Origin: Akkermansiaceae bacterium
GTDB taxonomy: Bacteria; Verrucomicrobiota; Verrucomicrobiia; Verrucomicrobiales; Akkermansiaceae
NCBI GenBank assembly: GCA_051251915.1
Contig: JBPOGF010000020.1
Location: 1 to 64,000 of the forward strand
Reading direction: 5' to 3'
DNA: 64,000 nt
In this document: in pieces, positions 48,701 to 58,787 of the stretch
Layout: every line of letters starts with the position of its first letter
Position numbering within the stretch: the first letter of the stretch is position 1
Position numbers and translations under genes: made by a program
Notes under the pieces: model-generated
Told to the model about the DNA's origin: nothing
Database searches by the model: none
Seen by the model: only the letters and a program-made list of their open reading frames with translations

Positions 48701-50265
48701 GCGGTTATAAATATACAGGAGACGCTATTCATAGCCTAAGTGGCAGCATTCCCAAAAATCTACTCAGTAAAGCAGGACAGAAAAAACTAAAAGAACTTGC
48801 TCGAAAATTTGGTGACCAGGAAAAAGCTCCTCGTGGTATTACTGGTGGCGCTGTAGTATCTCCGATCTCCTCTGAAGCAGAGGAAAAAATGACTGACGAC
48901 CAGTGGAGGACTGCAATACAAAAATACAGTGCCAGTGATCGTGAGCGGTTCAGTGGAGATTTCTTAAAAGGCGGTGCCTATGAACTAGCAGGTTCAATGA
49001 AGCCTTTTATAATTAAAGAACCAGAGCGTTTTGCTGAATTGGCTCTTAGTTTACCTAAAAACACCAATTCAGTATACTTTGATTATTTTTTGATGTCATT
49101 TGAAGAAGCCAAGTGTCCTGTAGACCTTAAGCTCAATGTTGCAAAAAAAGCTTTTCAAGAGCATAAATTAAAATGTGGTAGATGGATAGCTAGCCTCCTA
49201 GGTAGTATAGACGAGCGCTTAGACGATGAGTTTATTGAAATGCTTAATTGGCTTGCAATAAAACACCCTAATCCTAAACGTGAGTTATGGAAACCTTCAG
49301 ATACAGATCCTACAGAATATTATGGAGGTAGTATCTCAGACTGCGGTCTAAATTCAGACAGAGGGCGAGCTGTTATTGCGATTGCTGATCTGATTAAAAA
49401 AGACGAAGAATATATTCAACGTTTTAGCACAACAATCTCACTACTGTCAGAAGAAAAAACTCTTTCTGTTAAAGCTTCAGCTATAAGAGTTTCATATGAG
49501 ATTATAAGGCATGATAAAGATCGCGCTATAGAATTGTTTTTAGACATAACTAAGCTTGATCCCCGTCTTCTAGCTATCCACTACTCTGATCACTTCCTGG
49601 CTTGGGCAATCCAGCAAGAATTTTCTACTGTCGAATCATCTTTATTAGTTTTGTTGCGTTCTAGTGAAGAAAAAGAATCCAAAGTTGGAGCGCGATTGTT
49701 AGCCTTAGCCAAGCTATACTCACAGCGAACAGACAGTTACATCGAAGAAGCTTTAAACGGATCTCCTCCTCAACGAAAAGGTGTAGCCGAAGTAGCTGCA
49801 AAAAATATTGGTCTAGTTGATTCTCGAGAATGGTGTGAAAAAACACTTATAAGACTGTTTTTAGATTCAGATTCATCTGTCAGAGATATTGCTGCTAGCT
49901 CCTTCAGAGAACTCGAAGAGAAAGACCTCTCGCAATACAATCAATTAATAAGAATATTCTCCGAAAGCTTAAGCTTTAAATCAAACTCATCCAGTTTAAT
50001 GAGTACCCTAGAAAAAACCAAATATCGCCTACCTGAGCTTACGATGGTTGTCTGTGAAAATTTCATTCTACAAATTTCTCCTGAAAACACACGTGCATTT
50101 TCTCAAAATTATGTCGATTCAAGCTCACTTGGAACATTGGTCTTTCGTATCTACCAGCAATACCAGTCAGAACCATTATCTATACAAGCTTTAGACTTAA
50201 TTGATGAAATGATTATTTCAGGACTAGGAGAGCCCAACCAGTATTTAAATCAATTTGAACGGTGA
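45727..50265 (+). CDS. Large STAND/NACHT-like NTPase with N-terminal PD-(D/E)xK-like nuclease domain (Avs/AVAST-like candidate)
   Basis: N-terminal GNRYEDRW...ELHQNKR, Walker A-like SDAGGGKS, Walker B LVIDQLD, FGHESFFDY, then a long helical-repeat C-terminus; AT-rich with non-host codon usage. Confidence 0.75.
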   Translation: MSLLTGGTADKLGNRYEDRWMILQFIRAIDGEIDSIRIEDPTADKSECLIRSAKGDELHQNKRSKASGSWTLNQLGSNHADILSAVFRQLDGNNSSFYFVSGSDSPELKALTDQARLVSDFTDYKEKVLSTKTHENSYNALLKEWGITNDEKALNILKRVYVRVIDEEGILTIINSKLRALFLSNHGEIRRILQEIITNNIGVNFTGVDIRNKIKALGHRFRAITDADSALRKVNELTDQYITETRRRLIAESLIPRDISGKIVDRILSATGQTDTLLVSDAGGGKSVCLTEISETLRASEITVLTFRLDRLKPTTTSFKLGEQLGLEESPSFVLSNLESNRTAVLVIDQLDAVSTASGRYSEYIYAVESIIEDIKALKRKKPIHVILACRKFDLNNDHRLRKLITQKNSLFKLGDFSLPEVQLVLKTLPIDHSLLNDRQLKLLARPQNLSLFSQLREYSESVTSFGSTKDLFDTYWNEKRMAVAKRFGKEEDYWSNVIDFLAREMTNNQQLSVAKECLDEFPPKYIEQLISENVLSLHSGRYGFGHESFFDYCYARRFIRKNESLVTVLITSEQHLFRRAQVRQILAYLRDSDHQKYTKELETLLKSSEIRIHIKDLALSILVAVPSVSESEWLIIEPWIDTKLTKLKKEKSEAFADLVWQHFFHSNSWFTYAYTAGLPAKWLNSDSEKVINVGVNYLRRHQKENASVVAELLTPFKDESGIWRDRLKGIMQWADLEQSRSFFDLFLDLVSNGCLDEAKGPIAVNSTFWDMIYNLDKVQPSWVIELLIVWIRRRIKIIQDGMTEKNTKPNWENIFPSGQSGVKTVSKAIELCPEETLKNLLPLSLELAELGAYEGDNLPVRDAVWGYFLKSNYPDLRQIIHSSICASLNKTAKNSPQDLEAVVSNLSGRQTYFSNKILLGIFTAGAEYFADQALALLENEPWRFRCGYSDSSYWTSRCLVGAIAPNLSHKRMKDLEDLVLGYRSTWEQTKSGYKYTGDAIHSLSGSIPKNLLSKAGQKKLKELARKFGDQEKAPRGITGGAVVSPISSEAEEKMTDDQWRTAIQKYSASDRERFSGDFLKGGAYELAGSMKPFIIKEPERFAELALSLPKNTNSVYFDYFLMSFEEAKCPVDLKLNVAKKAFQEHKLKCGRWIASLLGSIDERLDDEFIEMLNWLAIKHPNPKRELWKPSDTDPTEYYGGSISDCGLNSDRGRAVIAIADLIKKDEEYIQRFSTTISLLSEEKTLSVKASAIRVSYEIIRHDKDRAIELFLDITKLDPRLLAIHYSDHFLAWAIQQEFSTVESSLLVLLRSSEEKESKVGARLLALAKLYSQRTDSYIEEALNGSPPQRKGVAEVAAKNIGLVDSREWCEKTLIRLFLDSDSSVRDIAASSFRELEEKDLSQYNQLIRIFSESLSFKSNSSSLMSTLEKTKYRLPELTMVVCENFILQISPENTRAFSQNYVDSSSLGTLVFRIYQQYQSEPLSIQALDLIDEMIISGLGEPNQYLNQFER

Positions 50266-50358
50266 AATACACACCTCTATTAATTAAACTTTAAAGTAAT
50301 TAAACCTTCTCTAATTTTTCCTTCCACTATGAAACATATTATGGGAATGTTATTCACT

Positions 50359-50697
50359 ATGAGTAAACTAGACGAAGCTATTGAAGCAGCAGTAAAACAA
50401 ATGAAGGCTCAAAGCATTTCATGCGATGAGGAATTACTTAGAAAAGTAGCCAAAGGTCTAGGACCTTCCATCTACACAGCAGACGGCAAGCTCGTTGCTG
50501 CAAGTGATGCGAAAGAGATCGCCACCGTGAAGAAAAACTTCATTGGTAAAAAACTAGGTGAAACAGATGAAGCTAAGCAAGACGCCGCCATCGCACACGC
50601 TATCGAGAAAATTGGCTCATCTAACAGACAGAAACTACGCACAGTATTCTGCTATATTATCGTTAAAAAACTGAAAAAAGAATCAGTTTACGCGTAA
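50359..50697 (+). CDS. DUF2853-family protein
   Basis: GLGPSIY.AD, VKKNFI.KKLG and KESVY pattern; ATG50359 is preferred over 50329. Confidence 0.75.
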   Translation: MSKLDEAIEAAVKQMKAQSISCDEELLRKVAKGLGPSIYTADGKLVAASDAKEIATVKKNFIGKKLGETDEAKQDAAIAHAIEKIGSSNRQKLRTVFCYIIVKKLKKESVYA

Positions 50698-50726
50698 GCA
50701 GATATTATCTAACAAAAGTTTAAAGC

Positions 50727-50762
50727 AGGTGGCCGGATCATACTCCAGTCACCTTTTTTTTA
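50727..50762 (+). terminator. Rho-independent terminator
   Basis: GGTGGCCGGA-TCATAC-TCCAGTCACC followed by a T tract. Confidence 0.65.
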
Positions 50763-50781
50763 TGGATTGAATGAAGAATTG

Positions 50782-51273
50782 CTAACCAATGACCTCAAAC
50801 CTCCCCATCTCCCGATTCTTCCTAACATTTCCAGCAGAAAAAACCTCCCCACTCATCGCAATATAAACTCCCGCCGGCATCGATTGAACCGCCCCCATAG
50901 CTAAGCCCAAATTAAACACCGCATCCGTCACCCTAAATCTCGCAGGCGAAAGTGCCCCTGTCAGAACAATCGTCTTCCCCTCAATCCCACCTGCACGAAC
51001 AAGGTGCTCCGCAGTCTCACACATCGTATCCGTCCCATGAGTAATAAGAATCTTATTAAACCTCGAATTCCCACAACGCTCGCTAATATGCTCTCGATCC
51101 ACATCAGTCAGCTCCAGACTATCCTTCCGCATCAGCGGCTCTAAATCATACTCAGCATGCACCCCCACCTCTTGGAAAATATGCGGGATCGTAGGCTCAC
51201 CTATTTCATACTCAGACGTAGCATCAAAGTAAATCTTATCAATCGTCCCGCCAGTAGTTAATATTTTAATCAT
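50782..51273 (-). CDS. Short asparaginase-domain protein
   Basis: TTGGTIDK, KDSLE, THGTDTM and VLTGA motifs. Confidence 0.88.
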   Translation of the reverse strand: MIKILTTGGTIDKIYFDATSEYEIGEPTIPHIFQEVGVHAEYDLEPLMRKDSLELTDVDREHISERCGNSRFNKILITHGTDTMCETAEHLVRAGGIEGKTIVLTGALSPARFRVTDAVFNLGLAMGAVQSMPAGVYIAMSGEVFSAGNVRKNREMGRFEVIG

Positions 51274-52120
51274 TTGAATCTAATAAGTTAAGTGAAGCCA
51301 CCACACTATCCGCCGCATCTAACAACGAAGGAAACTCAAGCTCCCATCCCAAATCTAACATCTTCAGATTAGAGACACGTTTATTTAGCCTAACTTCTGA
51401 TGCTCCTCTACCGGGCATGGGCAGTGAAAACTTCTCACACAGTGCGCTGTATGTTTCTTTCACAGTCAAATTTGTAGTTTCAGAAACATTATAAATCCCA
51501 CGCAGATCATTCTCTAACAAAAATAAACAACCACTAGCTCCATCACGATGGTGGATGTGATTCAACACACGCTCCCCATCGCCAGCCATCACCGCCTCAC
51601 CCGCAAATAAGCGCTTTAACAAATACGATTTCCCATCACCATAAATCCCAGAAAGCCTCACCACCGTCCCTTCAGCATCCAGAACAGCGCGCTCTGCATC
51701 TAACAAAACTTTCGCAGTATCACTCTCAGGTTCTGTTAGAGAATCCTCAGTCACCACAGTCCCATCCTGCTGACCATACACCGAAGTACTCGAGGTAAAT
51801 AAAACATGCGCATCAGAAAACACGTTCGTTAGATTCTCACACCCCATCTTATATACCTCCACATAACTCGCCAACCTAACCTCCACAGATGCTCCCCGCC
51901 CAGCTGAAGCTGAAGCACAATGAATCACATGCGTAGGCTCAATACCACTAGAGCTAAGTTTTTCAGCAAGCGACTCCACTTGCTTCAAATCAGAAATATC
52001 CACCGGAAAAGAATCATCAGATCTCGACGCAACCGTAACTGACCACCCCGCATCCCTAAAGACACGCAAAATCTCCTGACCTAAATACCCAGGCCCAATC
52101 AATAACAGGTGCCGCTTCAT
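51266..52120 (-). CDS. NAD-dependent epimerase/dehydratase family protein
   Basis: GPGYLG, SSTSVYG and RLSGIYG motifs. Confidence 0.85.
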   Translation of the reverse strand: MKRHLLLIGPGYLGQEILRVFRDAGWSVTVASRSDDSFPVDISDLKQVESLAEKLSSSGIEPTHVIHCASASAGRGASVEVRLASYVEVYKMGCENLTNVFSDAHVLFTSSTSVYGQQDGTVVTEDSLTEPESDTAKVLLDAERAVLDAEGTVVRLSGIYGDGKSYLLKRLFAGEAVMAGDGERVLNHIHHRDGASGCLFLLENDLRGIYNVSETTNLTVKETYSALCEKFSLPMPGRGASEVRLNKRVSNLKMLDLGWELEFPSLLDAADSVVASLNLLDSND

Positions 52121-53493
52121 TTCCTCCCTGAGTAATACGTCACTAAACCTTCCGTCACAGCATTCACATACTCACGGAAAATCGATGGTCTCAACATCCC
52201 ATTCAAATAACGCAACCCCTCGTAATCCCCCTGCATCAACCTCGCATGCGAATCAGCACCATTCATCAAGTATGGCTCATAAAACACCACAGGACAAAGA
52301 TACGACCTATTCGCCGCTAGATTCCTAGCCCATAGGTAAGGATTTTTATCCACATTCAACGCCCGGTTTGAAGCCGGATCATACTGGTAAGGTTTCAAGC
52401 CCGTATGAGCAGTAAATGCATCAGCAGCATAAGCACTCAGCCGAGCTTCTTCCGGGTGAATCCTCTGTAAAACTCTCTGCATCATCGCGAACCTCTGGTC
52501 ATCTTTTGCAACCTCTCCATCCATATAAGCACCATTTAGTATCATATGCAGATGCTCATCTTGGATCAATTCCTCACTCGTTGGCCCCGCATTAAAATGC
52601 AGACATAACACCAAATCAGGACGATAATCATTATTCACATGCTTAGCCCTCTCACGTATCTCACCTGCCCTATAAAACAATTTCTCACTCTCACGCTCTA
52701 TCGCCACAGGAGTCGCCCACAAGTTCGCTTTGCTCAACTTTGTATAAGCATACTTATAATAATCATCAGTCTGGTTTACATTCACAGGTTTCAGATACTC
52801 ACGAGTAAGAGTCACCTGCGCCCCCAGCGTCTCCAATTGCTTAGCCAGTAATTTAGCCACCTTCAGCGTAAGGTTCCCCTCTTTCACTGGAGGCGAATCC
52901 TTGTAGTAAAACTCGCGTTCCTCAATATTTGCAAATTTTCCACCAATATGCCCCGGATCAATCACGATACGCAGTCCCAATAATGGTTTCGTAGGGTCTT
53001 TCACATTAAGCTCATCACGTTTTCTCCAAAATTTAGGCGGCCGCTCTTGCTTTACCTCAGAAGCAAAAAATAACTTATATAACTTCGTCCCATCAGCAGC
53101 AGACATGCGGATTAATGCTGACTCATCAGTAGTCGTGACCCAGTCTTTCCACTTCCCATTAATGGTATAAACCTCTTCCAACTCACGCTCGAAATCTTCC
53201 CTTGTTATCGTGTACTGATACGCATCAAGCTCCGTCCAGTCAGGATTACTTGCAAGTTCTGTAAGATGTTTATTGTATTCCCTAGGCACTTTTTCTTCCT
53301 GTTTAGCTTCCAATGCTATTTCCTCTCCCTCAGCTATAGCATCTTCCAATGCAGTTTTATCCCCAGCTGGCATATCTGGGATTTCAGGAGGGTTAGCAGA
53401 CTTGATCACCCCCTGAGTCACGAAAGCTACCACTAGGGCTAGAACCACTAATGTCACCTCAAGGGCATATGATTTTTGTTTCTTCGTACTCAT
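52117..53493 (-). CDS. Membrane-anchored N-acetylmuramoyl-L-alanine amidase (Amidase_3-like)
   Basis: IVIDPGHIGG, KEGNLTL, LCLHFNA and YEPY motifs; N-terminal TM helix. Confidence 0.75.
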   Translation of the reverse strand: MSTKKQKSYALEVTLVVLALVVAFVTQGVIKSANPPEIPDMPAGDKTALEDAIAEGEEIALEAKQEEKVPREYNKHLTELASNPDWTELDAYQYTITREDFERELEEVYTINGKWKDWVTTTDESALIRMSAADGTKLYKLFFASEVKQERPPKFWRKRDELNVKDPTKPLLGLRIVIDPGHIGGKFANIEEREFYYKDSPPVKEGNLTLKVAKLLAKQLETLGAQVTLTREYLKPVNVNQTDDYYKYAYTKLSKANLWATPVAIERESEKLFYRAGEIRERAKHVNNDYRPDLVLCLHFNAGPTSEELIQDEHLHMILNGAYMDGEVAKDDQRFAMMQRVLQRIHPEEARLSAYAADAFTAHTGLKPYQYDPASNRALNVDKNPYLWARNLAANRSYLCPVVFYEPYLMNGADSHARLMQGDYEGLRYLNGMLRPSIFREYVNAVTEGLVTYYSGRK

Positions 53494-53613
53494 ATATTCT
53501 GGTCTCTAATCGATTCGTGTGTTTCTCTCTCCGCGACGGCTAAAGTTCAGCGTTCCGATAATTCATAACGGAGCACTTTCTCCGTTACAAACTTTATACG
53601 ACACTCAGACCAA

Positions 53614-54417
53614 ATGCGCATTCTTTTTCTTGGAGATATTGTTGGCGAGCCCGGAAGAAAGGCAGTCATGAATCAACTTACTAATATTAAACGTAAGCAC
53701 AGCATCGATTTTTGCATCGTTAATGGAGAAAATTCCGCTGGCGGCAGAGGCATCACCCCTAAGATAGCAAAAGAACTCTTCGCATCAGGTGTCCAAGTCA
53801 TCACCACTGGTGACCATGTCTGGGATCAACGCGAGCTACTTGACTACCTCCCCATAGAACCTAAAATCCTCCGCCCCATTAACTACCCCCCAGACACCCC
53901 CGGCAGTGGATCAGTTACGCTAGATACCGAGTTCGGCAAAATCGCCGTCATCAACGCCCAAGGCAGAACATTCATGAATCCACCTCTGGAAAATCCATTC
54001 ACGGTCGTGGAAAAGGAAGTCACTAGACTCAAAGAAGAGGAAGACGTCAAAATCATCTTCCTAGACTTCCACGCCGAAACCACCAGTGAAAGCATCGCCA
54101 TGGGATTCCATCTCGATGGCTCAGTCTCTGCCGTAGTTGGCACTCACACCCACGTGCAAACAGCCGATGAACGTATCCTACCAAATGGAACCGCCCACCT
54201 GACCGATGCCGGCATGTGCGGCCCAGAAATTTCAGTCCTTGGTAGAAATGTAGAAAGCATCGTCTGGAGATTTAAAACCGGACTACCTACCAGATTTCCT
54301 GTAGCAAAGGGCCCAGTTAGACTGTGCGGAATGATCGTCGACATTGATCCCGAGACAGGCCTCGCCACCCACGTTGAACGCTATAATCATCTACTATCAC
54401 CTAGTGAAATGGGATAG
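53614..54417 (+). CDS. ymdB: YmdB-like metallophosphoesterase
   Basis: GDIVGEPG, NGENSAGG, DFHAE, GTHTHVQT and TDAGMCG motifs. Confidence 0.9.
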   Translation: MRILFLGDIVGEPGRKAVMNQLTNIKRKHSIDFCIVNGENSAGGRGITPKIAKELFASGVQVITTGDHVWDQRELLDYLPIEPKILRPINYPPDTPGSGSVTLDTEFGKIAVINAQGRTFMNPPLENPFTVVEKEVTRLKEEEDVKIIFLDFHAETTSESIAMGFHLDGSVSAVVGTHTHVQTADERILPNGTAHLTDAGMCGPEISVLGRNVESIVWRFKTGLPTRFPVAKGPVRLCGMIVDIDPETGLATHVERYNHLLSPSEMG

Positions 54418-54504
54418 TCACAAAATCTTAACAAATTATCTCTTTATTTTCTCCAATTTTAACCCACATTAGTAGGAATATTCTACTTAGAAATAAACCA
54501 TCAC

Positions 54505-55587
54505 ATGAAGACCATCCTCACTCTCACCACAGCATTCGCCACTATCGTCACACTAGCCTCATGCGGATCTACAACTCCTGATGCTATTTCTACGCCAGCA
54601 ATAGATCAGCAAAGTGTCACCACCCCTAAAGCTAACGTGTATCATCAATCGAGCTCCAGCTCTAGAGGTCGAGAGGTAAATGGCATTGCTGCGATCGCCA
54701 ACGGGAGAGTCGTCACGCGTAACGAAGTAGCCTTCATGCTAGCCCCCATCAGAGCTCGTCTCGCCATGAAACACCCTCGCATGGGCGCCACTTTTAATTC
54801 GGAGCTAGCAAAAAGTAAGAAGAAAATTCTAGAGGAACTCATCGACCGCCAGCTCATCATTCACGAATTCAACTCCATGGGCGCTCAAATTCCAGACCAC
54901 GCCATCAAGGCTGACATCAAACGCCAAGTTGATAAATCCTACAACGGTAGTGATGCTAAATTTCGCAAGCAACTTAAAGAATCAAACCTCTCCTACACTC
55001 GTTACTTTCAACTCACTAAAGATAAGTTAATTGGTCAAGCAATGCGCGCCCAACACTTCAATGATCCTACACCGGCCACCCAGGACGAACTAATAGCGGA
55101 ATACAATAAGCACAAACGCGACATGCGTGACCGTTCGAAGGATAAGATTGATTTTGAAAAAATCTACATTCCCGTAACCAACGATGATGACCTACTAGCA
55201 ACACCTGAAACACAAAAAGCACTCGCTGAAGACATCGCTAAGAAAATCAAGAACGGTGCGAACTTTGCCGCGCTAGCAAAAGAATATTCCACAGACGCCT
55301 TCGCAGACCAAGGCGGCAAGCAAAACAACGTGAAGCGCACCGATCTTCGCCCAGACGTCAGCTTTGCACTCTTCACTGAGCCAATAGGAACTGTCATTGG
55401 ACCTATCCAGCTAGATGCCGGTGGCTTCCAAATCATCCGCGTCACTCGCCAGATCGATGGACCATACCCAGGACTATCCAAGGTTCGTACAGAAATGGAG
55501 CAAGCTGTGCAGAATAAAAAATCATCTGTTAGATTTGAGCGCTACATCAGCAGACTACGCAAGAAAGCTCTGATCAAATACAAATAA
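54505..55587 (+). CDS. SurA-like lipoprotein chaperone / parvulin-type PPIase
   Basis: Lipobox LASC, SurA N-domain pattern (AIANG, LEELIDRQL) and FAALAKEYS. Confidence 0.8.
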   Translation: MKTILTLTTAFATIVTLASCGSTTPDAISTPAIDQQSVTTPKANVYHQSSSSSRGREVNGIAAIANGRVVTRNEVAFMLAPIRARLAMKHPRMGATFNSELAKSKKKILEELIDRQLIIHEFNSMGAQIPDHAIKADIKRQVDKSYNGSDAKFRKQLKESNLSYTRYFQLTKDKLIGQAMRAQHFNDPTPATQDELIAEYNKHKRDMRDRSKDKIDFEKIYIPVTNDDDLLATPETQKALAEDIAKKIKNGANFAALAKEYSTDAFADQGGKQNNVKRTDLRPDVSFALFTEPIGTVIGPIQLDAGGFQIIRVTRQIDGPYPGLSKVRTEMEQAVQNKKSSVRFERYISRLRKKALIKYK

Positions 55588-55673
55588 AGCCCGGACTCTT
55601 GCTCTAGGAATAAATCATTAACTAGCTCCCCCCTACAGTTCTGTCCACTTAGCCCAGAATCGCTAAGCTAACC

Positions 55674-56077
55674 ATGGATTATTACAACCTAGATTTATTT
55701 GATGAGATTTCCACGGCAGAATTACTAGCCCTAAAGCAGGATAGCAAGCTCATCGCGTCCGGAAACATCTTCATCTACAAGGACACTATAGGAAAACCAG
55801 GCGACATCTTCTTTGATCTGAAATCCATTAGAAAGACAGTAAATGGTCTAGTTTTTGACTTTGGTAGCTGCTCAGTGGAATAGACCACCCTTCAAGCATC
55901 GTCGTTAACCAATGCGTCATAGCAATCAAAACAGCATCCAAGATCGCGTGGCATTGGAACACCCACCAAACGCTCAAATACACTTTAGCCGGTGACGGTC
56001 TTGAAACCAGCTCACCACAGAAAAAACATCAGTTTAATACTGATACCAACCAACCCGCATTTCTACTCAGCACATGA
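55674..56077 (+). pseudogene. Frameshifted hypothetical gene (~134 aa if repaired)
   Basis: The ORF stops at TAG 55881-55883, but the -1 frame is open from 55868 to TGA 56075-56077 (IDHPSSIVVNQCVIAIK...QPAFLLST). Confidence 0.6.
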
Positions 56078-56177
56078 GCTGCCTACCTATGTCCAAGTAG
56101 TGAATAAACAAGACAACCAACAGAGCCATTTTCATCCTCTCCAAGCATTGCATCAATAGAGCGGAAGCTCAATATAC

Positions 56178-56939
56178 CTACTTCGCTTTGAATCTACTAC
56201 ACAAAGCCCCTTCTTTACCAGCCACCACATCACCAAGTCTTTCAGGGTGCGCTCCGTTCATGATCACGGTTTCAATACCAGCATCCACACTACGCTTCAC
56301 AGCCTGAAGTTTAGATGCCATCCCGCCCATAGAAAACTTACCTCTATCACCACGGGCAAAACCTAAAACTCTGTCAATATCTTCGATTTCTCTCACCACC
56401 TCATTGGTCTCCGGTGAAATTAATCCATCTATCGTAGACATCAAAATTAGCATATCCGCACCAAGCAACGTCCCCACTCTAGACGATAGCATATCATTAT
56501 CACCCAGACTAATTTCCTTCACTGCAACCGAGTCATTCTCATTGATAATCGGAATAATATTCCCCATCTCTGAAAGCTTTCCGAGCGTATCCCTCACTCT
56601 TCCACTGCGGTCATCATTATTAAAATCATCTGCGGTTAAGAGCAACTGAGCCACACTGATCCCAAAATTCCGGAACAAGTTCTCATAAGCATGCATCAAT
56701 CTAGTCTGCCCCACAGCAGCACAAGCTTGCCTAGTAGGCACATCCGTAGGGTATTCCTTCAGTCCTAGACTCGAAATACCTGCACCCACGGCACCGCTTG
56801 AAACAAGTATCACCTGATAGCCCTCACTAGGAATCTCTGAGATAGCAGTAACGAGCTTCACAAGTGCTGCCCCGTTTAACTGGCCATCGTTCTCATTCGT
56901 GAGTACTCCAGTACCTACCTTAATGATGATTTTTTTCAT
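56178..56939 (-). CDS. proB: Glutamate 5-kinase (no PUA domain), second copy
   Basis: IIKVGT, VSSGAV, AAVGQ, INEND, GDNDML and GGMASK motifs. Confidence 0.92.
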   Translation of the reverse strand: MKKIIIKVGTGVLTNENDGQLNGAALVKLVTAISEIPSEGYQVILVSSGAVGAGISSLGLKEYPTDVPTRQACAAVGQTRLMHAYENLFRNFGISVAQLLLTADDFNNDDRSGRVRDTLGKLSEMGNIIPIINENDSVAVKEISLGDNDMLSSRVGTLLGADMLILMSTIDGLISPETNEVVREIEDIDRVLGFARGDRGKFSMGGMASKLQAVKRSVDAGIETVIMNGAHPERLGDVVAGKEGALCSRFKAK

Positions 56940-56942
56940 GTA

Positions 56943-58643
56943 TTACTCGATGAGTTTAGCTGTAGCGCTATGGATAGCATCGCACACAGCCGGGAAAATC
57001 TGCTTCTTGCGACTCACCACATCCTTAGCATAAATTACACCATCTGGACGATGTTCGAAAGCAATCTCGCGGATGATGCGCTCGTCGCCTTTAGCGAGGA
57101 TCAAACTAATGTGCTTAGTCACATCCGTGATCGCAGCTATAGCCACATCGTAACCCTTATGTTTAATTAAAGACTCCAAACCCTCTTCTATCTCAACACG
57201 GCGACCATCAAAAGCATCGAGGCCTATCTCCTCAACCTGAGTAATACTAATGCTCTTACCACCCTCTTCGAACTCCTTCCTGTCCGTGTTCAGAAGCTCG
57301 TCAACTGAGCCCATGATTAACAGCGACCCAGAAGCAAATAAGTCATTCGTAAACTGAGCCGCATCTACTCCAGCTATTTCACACAGCCATTTCAAAATAT
57401 CCCTATCCACATCAGTAGTAGTTGGAGATGTAAGGTTCAGTGTATCAGAAATAAGCCCAGCACTAAGGCAAAGTGCCACACCCTTAGATAACGGTGCGTT
57501 TCTATCTTTAAACTTCCTCGCGATCAATGTGGATGATGACCCCACCGGCTCATTCAAGAAACGAATAGGTTCACGCGAAACAACATTACCACCCAGTCTG
57601 TGGTGATCTATCACCTCCACAACCTTAGCTTCCTCTATCCCCTTAACCGCTTGTGAATACTCATTATGATCCACCATCACCACTTTCGTTTCAGGCGGCG
57701 CCACTAAGTCGGCCTTAGTGAAAACCCCTATCAAATCTTTAGTTCCTTTCTTAACAACCGGGAAAATTTCCTGTTGGGCCAAGCTCAACCTCTTCCGGAT
57801 ATCAGACACAGCCTCATCATTATCCACACAGAAAAATTCACTACCCATCGCAGTATCCACCATCTTAGAACAACGGATCAACTGAACGGTCGTCGCAGTG
57901 TCATATTCGCAACAAATAATCATTACTCCATTCTCATGCGCTAATTTCAGCATCTCTGGCTCCACATCAAACCCACCAGTCACCACCATCATCCTAACCT
58001 GATTTTCAATAGCCACCTGCTGCAAACGGGTTCTATCACCACAGATAACCAACTGCATTTTCGAGATACCAAGATCCAAATCCCTTATCAAACCTGCACG
58101 AGTTGTCACTTCACTAGACGCTCCCACGAACATCACTAACTCCTCCTCTTCACCGGCAATTGGAGCCCCTACTGACACACCTTTTAGCGATTCTAAAATT
58201 TTCTGCGGCGATACATACACTGTCTTCACCGCCTTACTTCCAGAAACATCCTGAGGCATCAACAACTGCATCAACTGAGTAAAGTTCAGTATCCCACGGA
58301 TCTCACCATCATCTGAGACCACTGGTAGAGACTCCACTCCACTTTGCTGCATCGCATTATATACTTTAAGAAATGTATCTCCCTCAGAAACCATTACCGT
58401 AGCCTTATCACTGATCAACTCCGCAGTAGTTCGGATATCAGTCACCAATTTAGGAGCGCGAACACCAGCCTGATCCAGAACCCATTTCACTCGAGATGGC
58501 ACACTACCACAGCGCAGTGCCTCCGCATTAGTGCCCTCAGCCACGCGCAAATATTCCGCATATCCAATTGCTGCACAGATCGCATCCGTGTCTGGGTTTA
58601 AGTGACCGATTACATATACTGGTTCTTGGCTTGTTAGAGTCAT
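56943..58643 (-). CDS. ppaC: Mn-dependent family II inorganic pyrophosphatase with CBS-DRTGG insert
   Basis: GHLNPDTD, VDHNE, IDHHR and SRKKQ motifs; central CBS pair and GDR/VVTGG. Confidence 0.9.
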   Translation of the reverse strand: MTLTSQEPVYVIGHLNPDTDAICAAIGYAEYLRVAEGTNAEALRCGSVPSRVKWVLDQAGVRAPKLVTDIRTTAELISDKATVMVSEGDTFLKVYNAMQQSGVESLPVVSDDGEIRGILNFTQLMQLLMPQDVSGSKAVKTVYVSPQKILESLKGVSVGAPIAGEEEELVMFVGASSEVTTRAGLIRDLDLGISKMQLVICGDRTRLQQVAIENQVRMMVVTGGFDVEPEMLKLAHENGVMIICCEYDTATTVQLIRCSKMVDTAMGSEFFCVDNDEAVSDIRKRLSLAQQEIFPVVKKGTKDLIGVFTKADLVAPPETKVVMVDHNEYSQAVKGIEEAKVVEVIDHHRLGGNVVSREPIRFLNEPVGSSSTLIARKFKDRNAPLSKGVALCLSAGLISDTLNLTSPTTTDVDRDILKWLCEIAGVDAAQFTNDLFASGSLLIMGSVDELLNTDRKEFEEGGKSISITQVEEIGLDAFDGRRVEIEEGLESLIKHKGYDVAIAAITDVTKHISLILAKGDERIIREIAFEHRPDGVIYAKDVVSRKKQIFPAVCDAIHSATAKLIE

Positions 58644-58787
58644 ATTTTAATAGATTTCTTGTGAAGAGTTAACTTCCTCAAACCTTCTTATGTTTTAAAA
58701 TATTTTGCAATAAATTTAACTAATCTGTTTGTTGTATGTCACTATTTTTTGCCTTGGTTAGTTCTCACCACATTCTACACTACCGCC

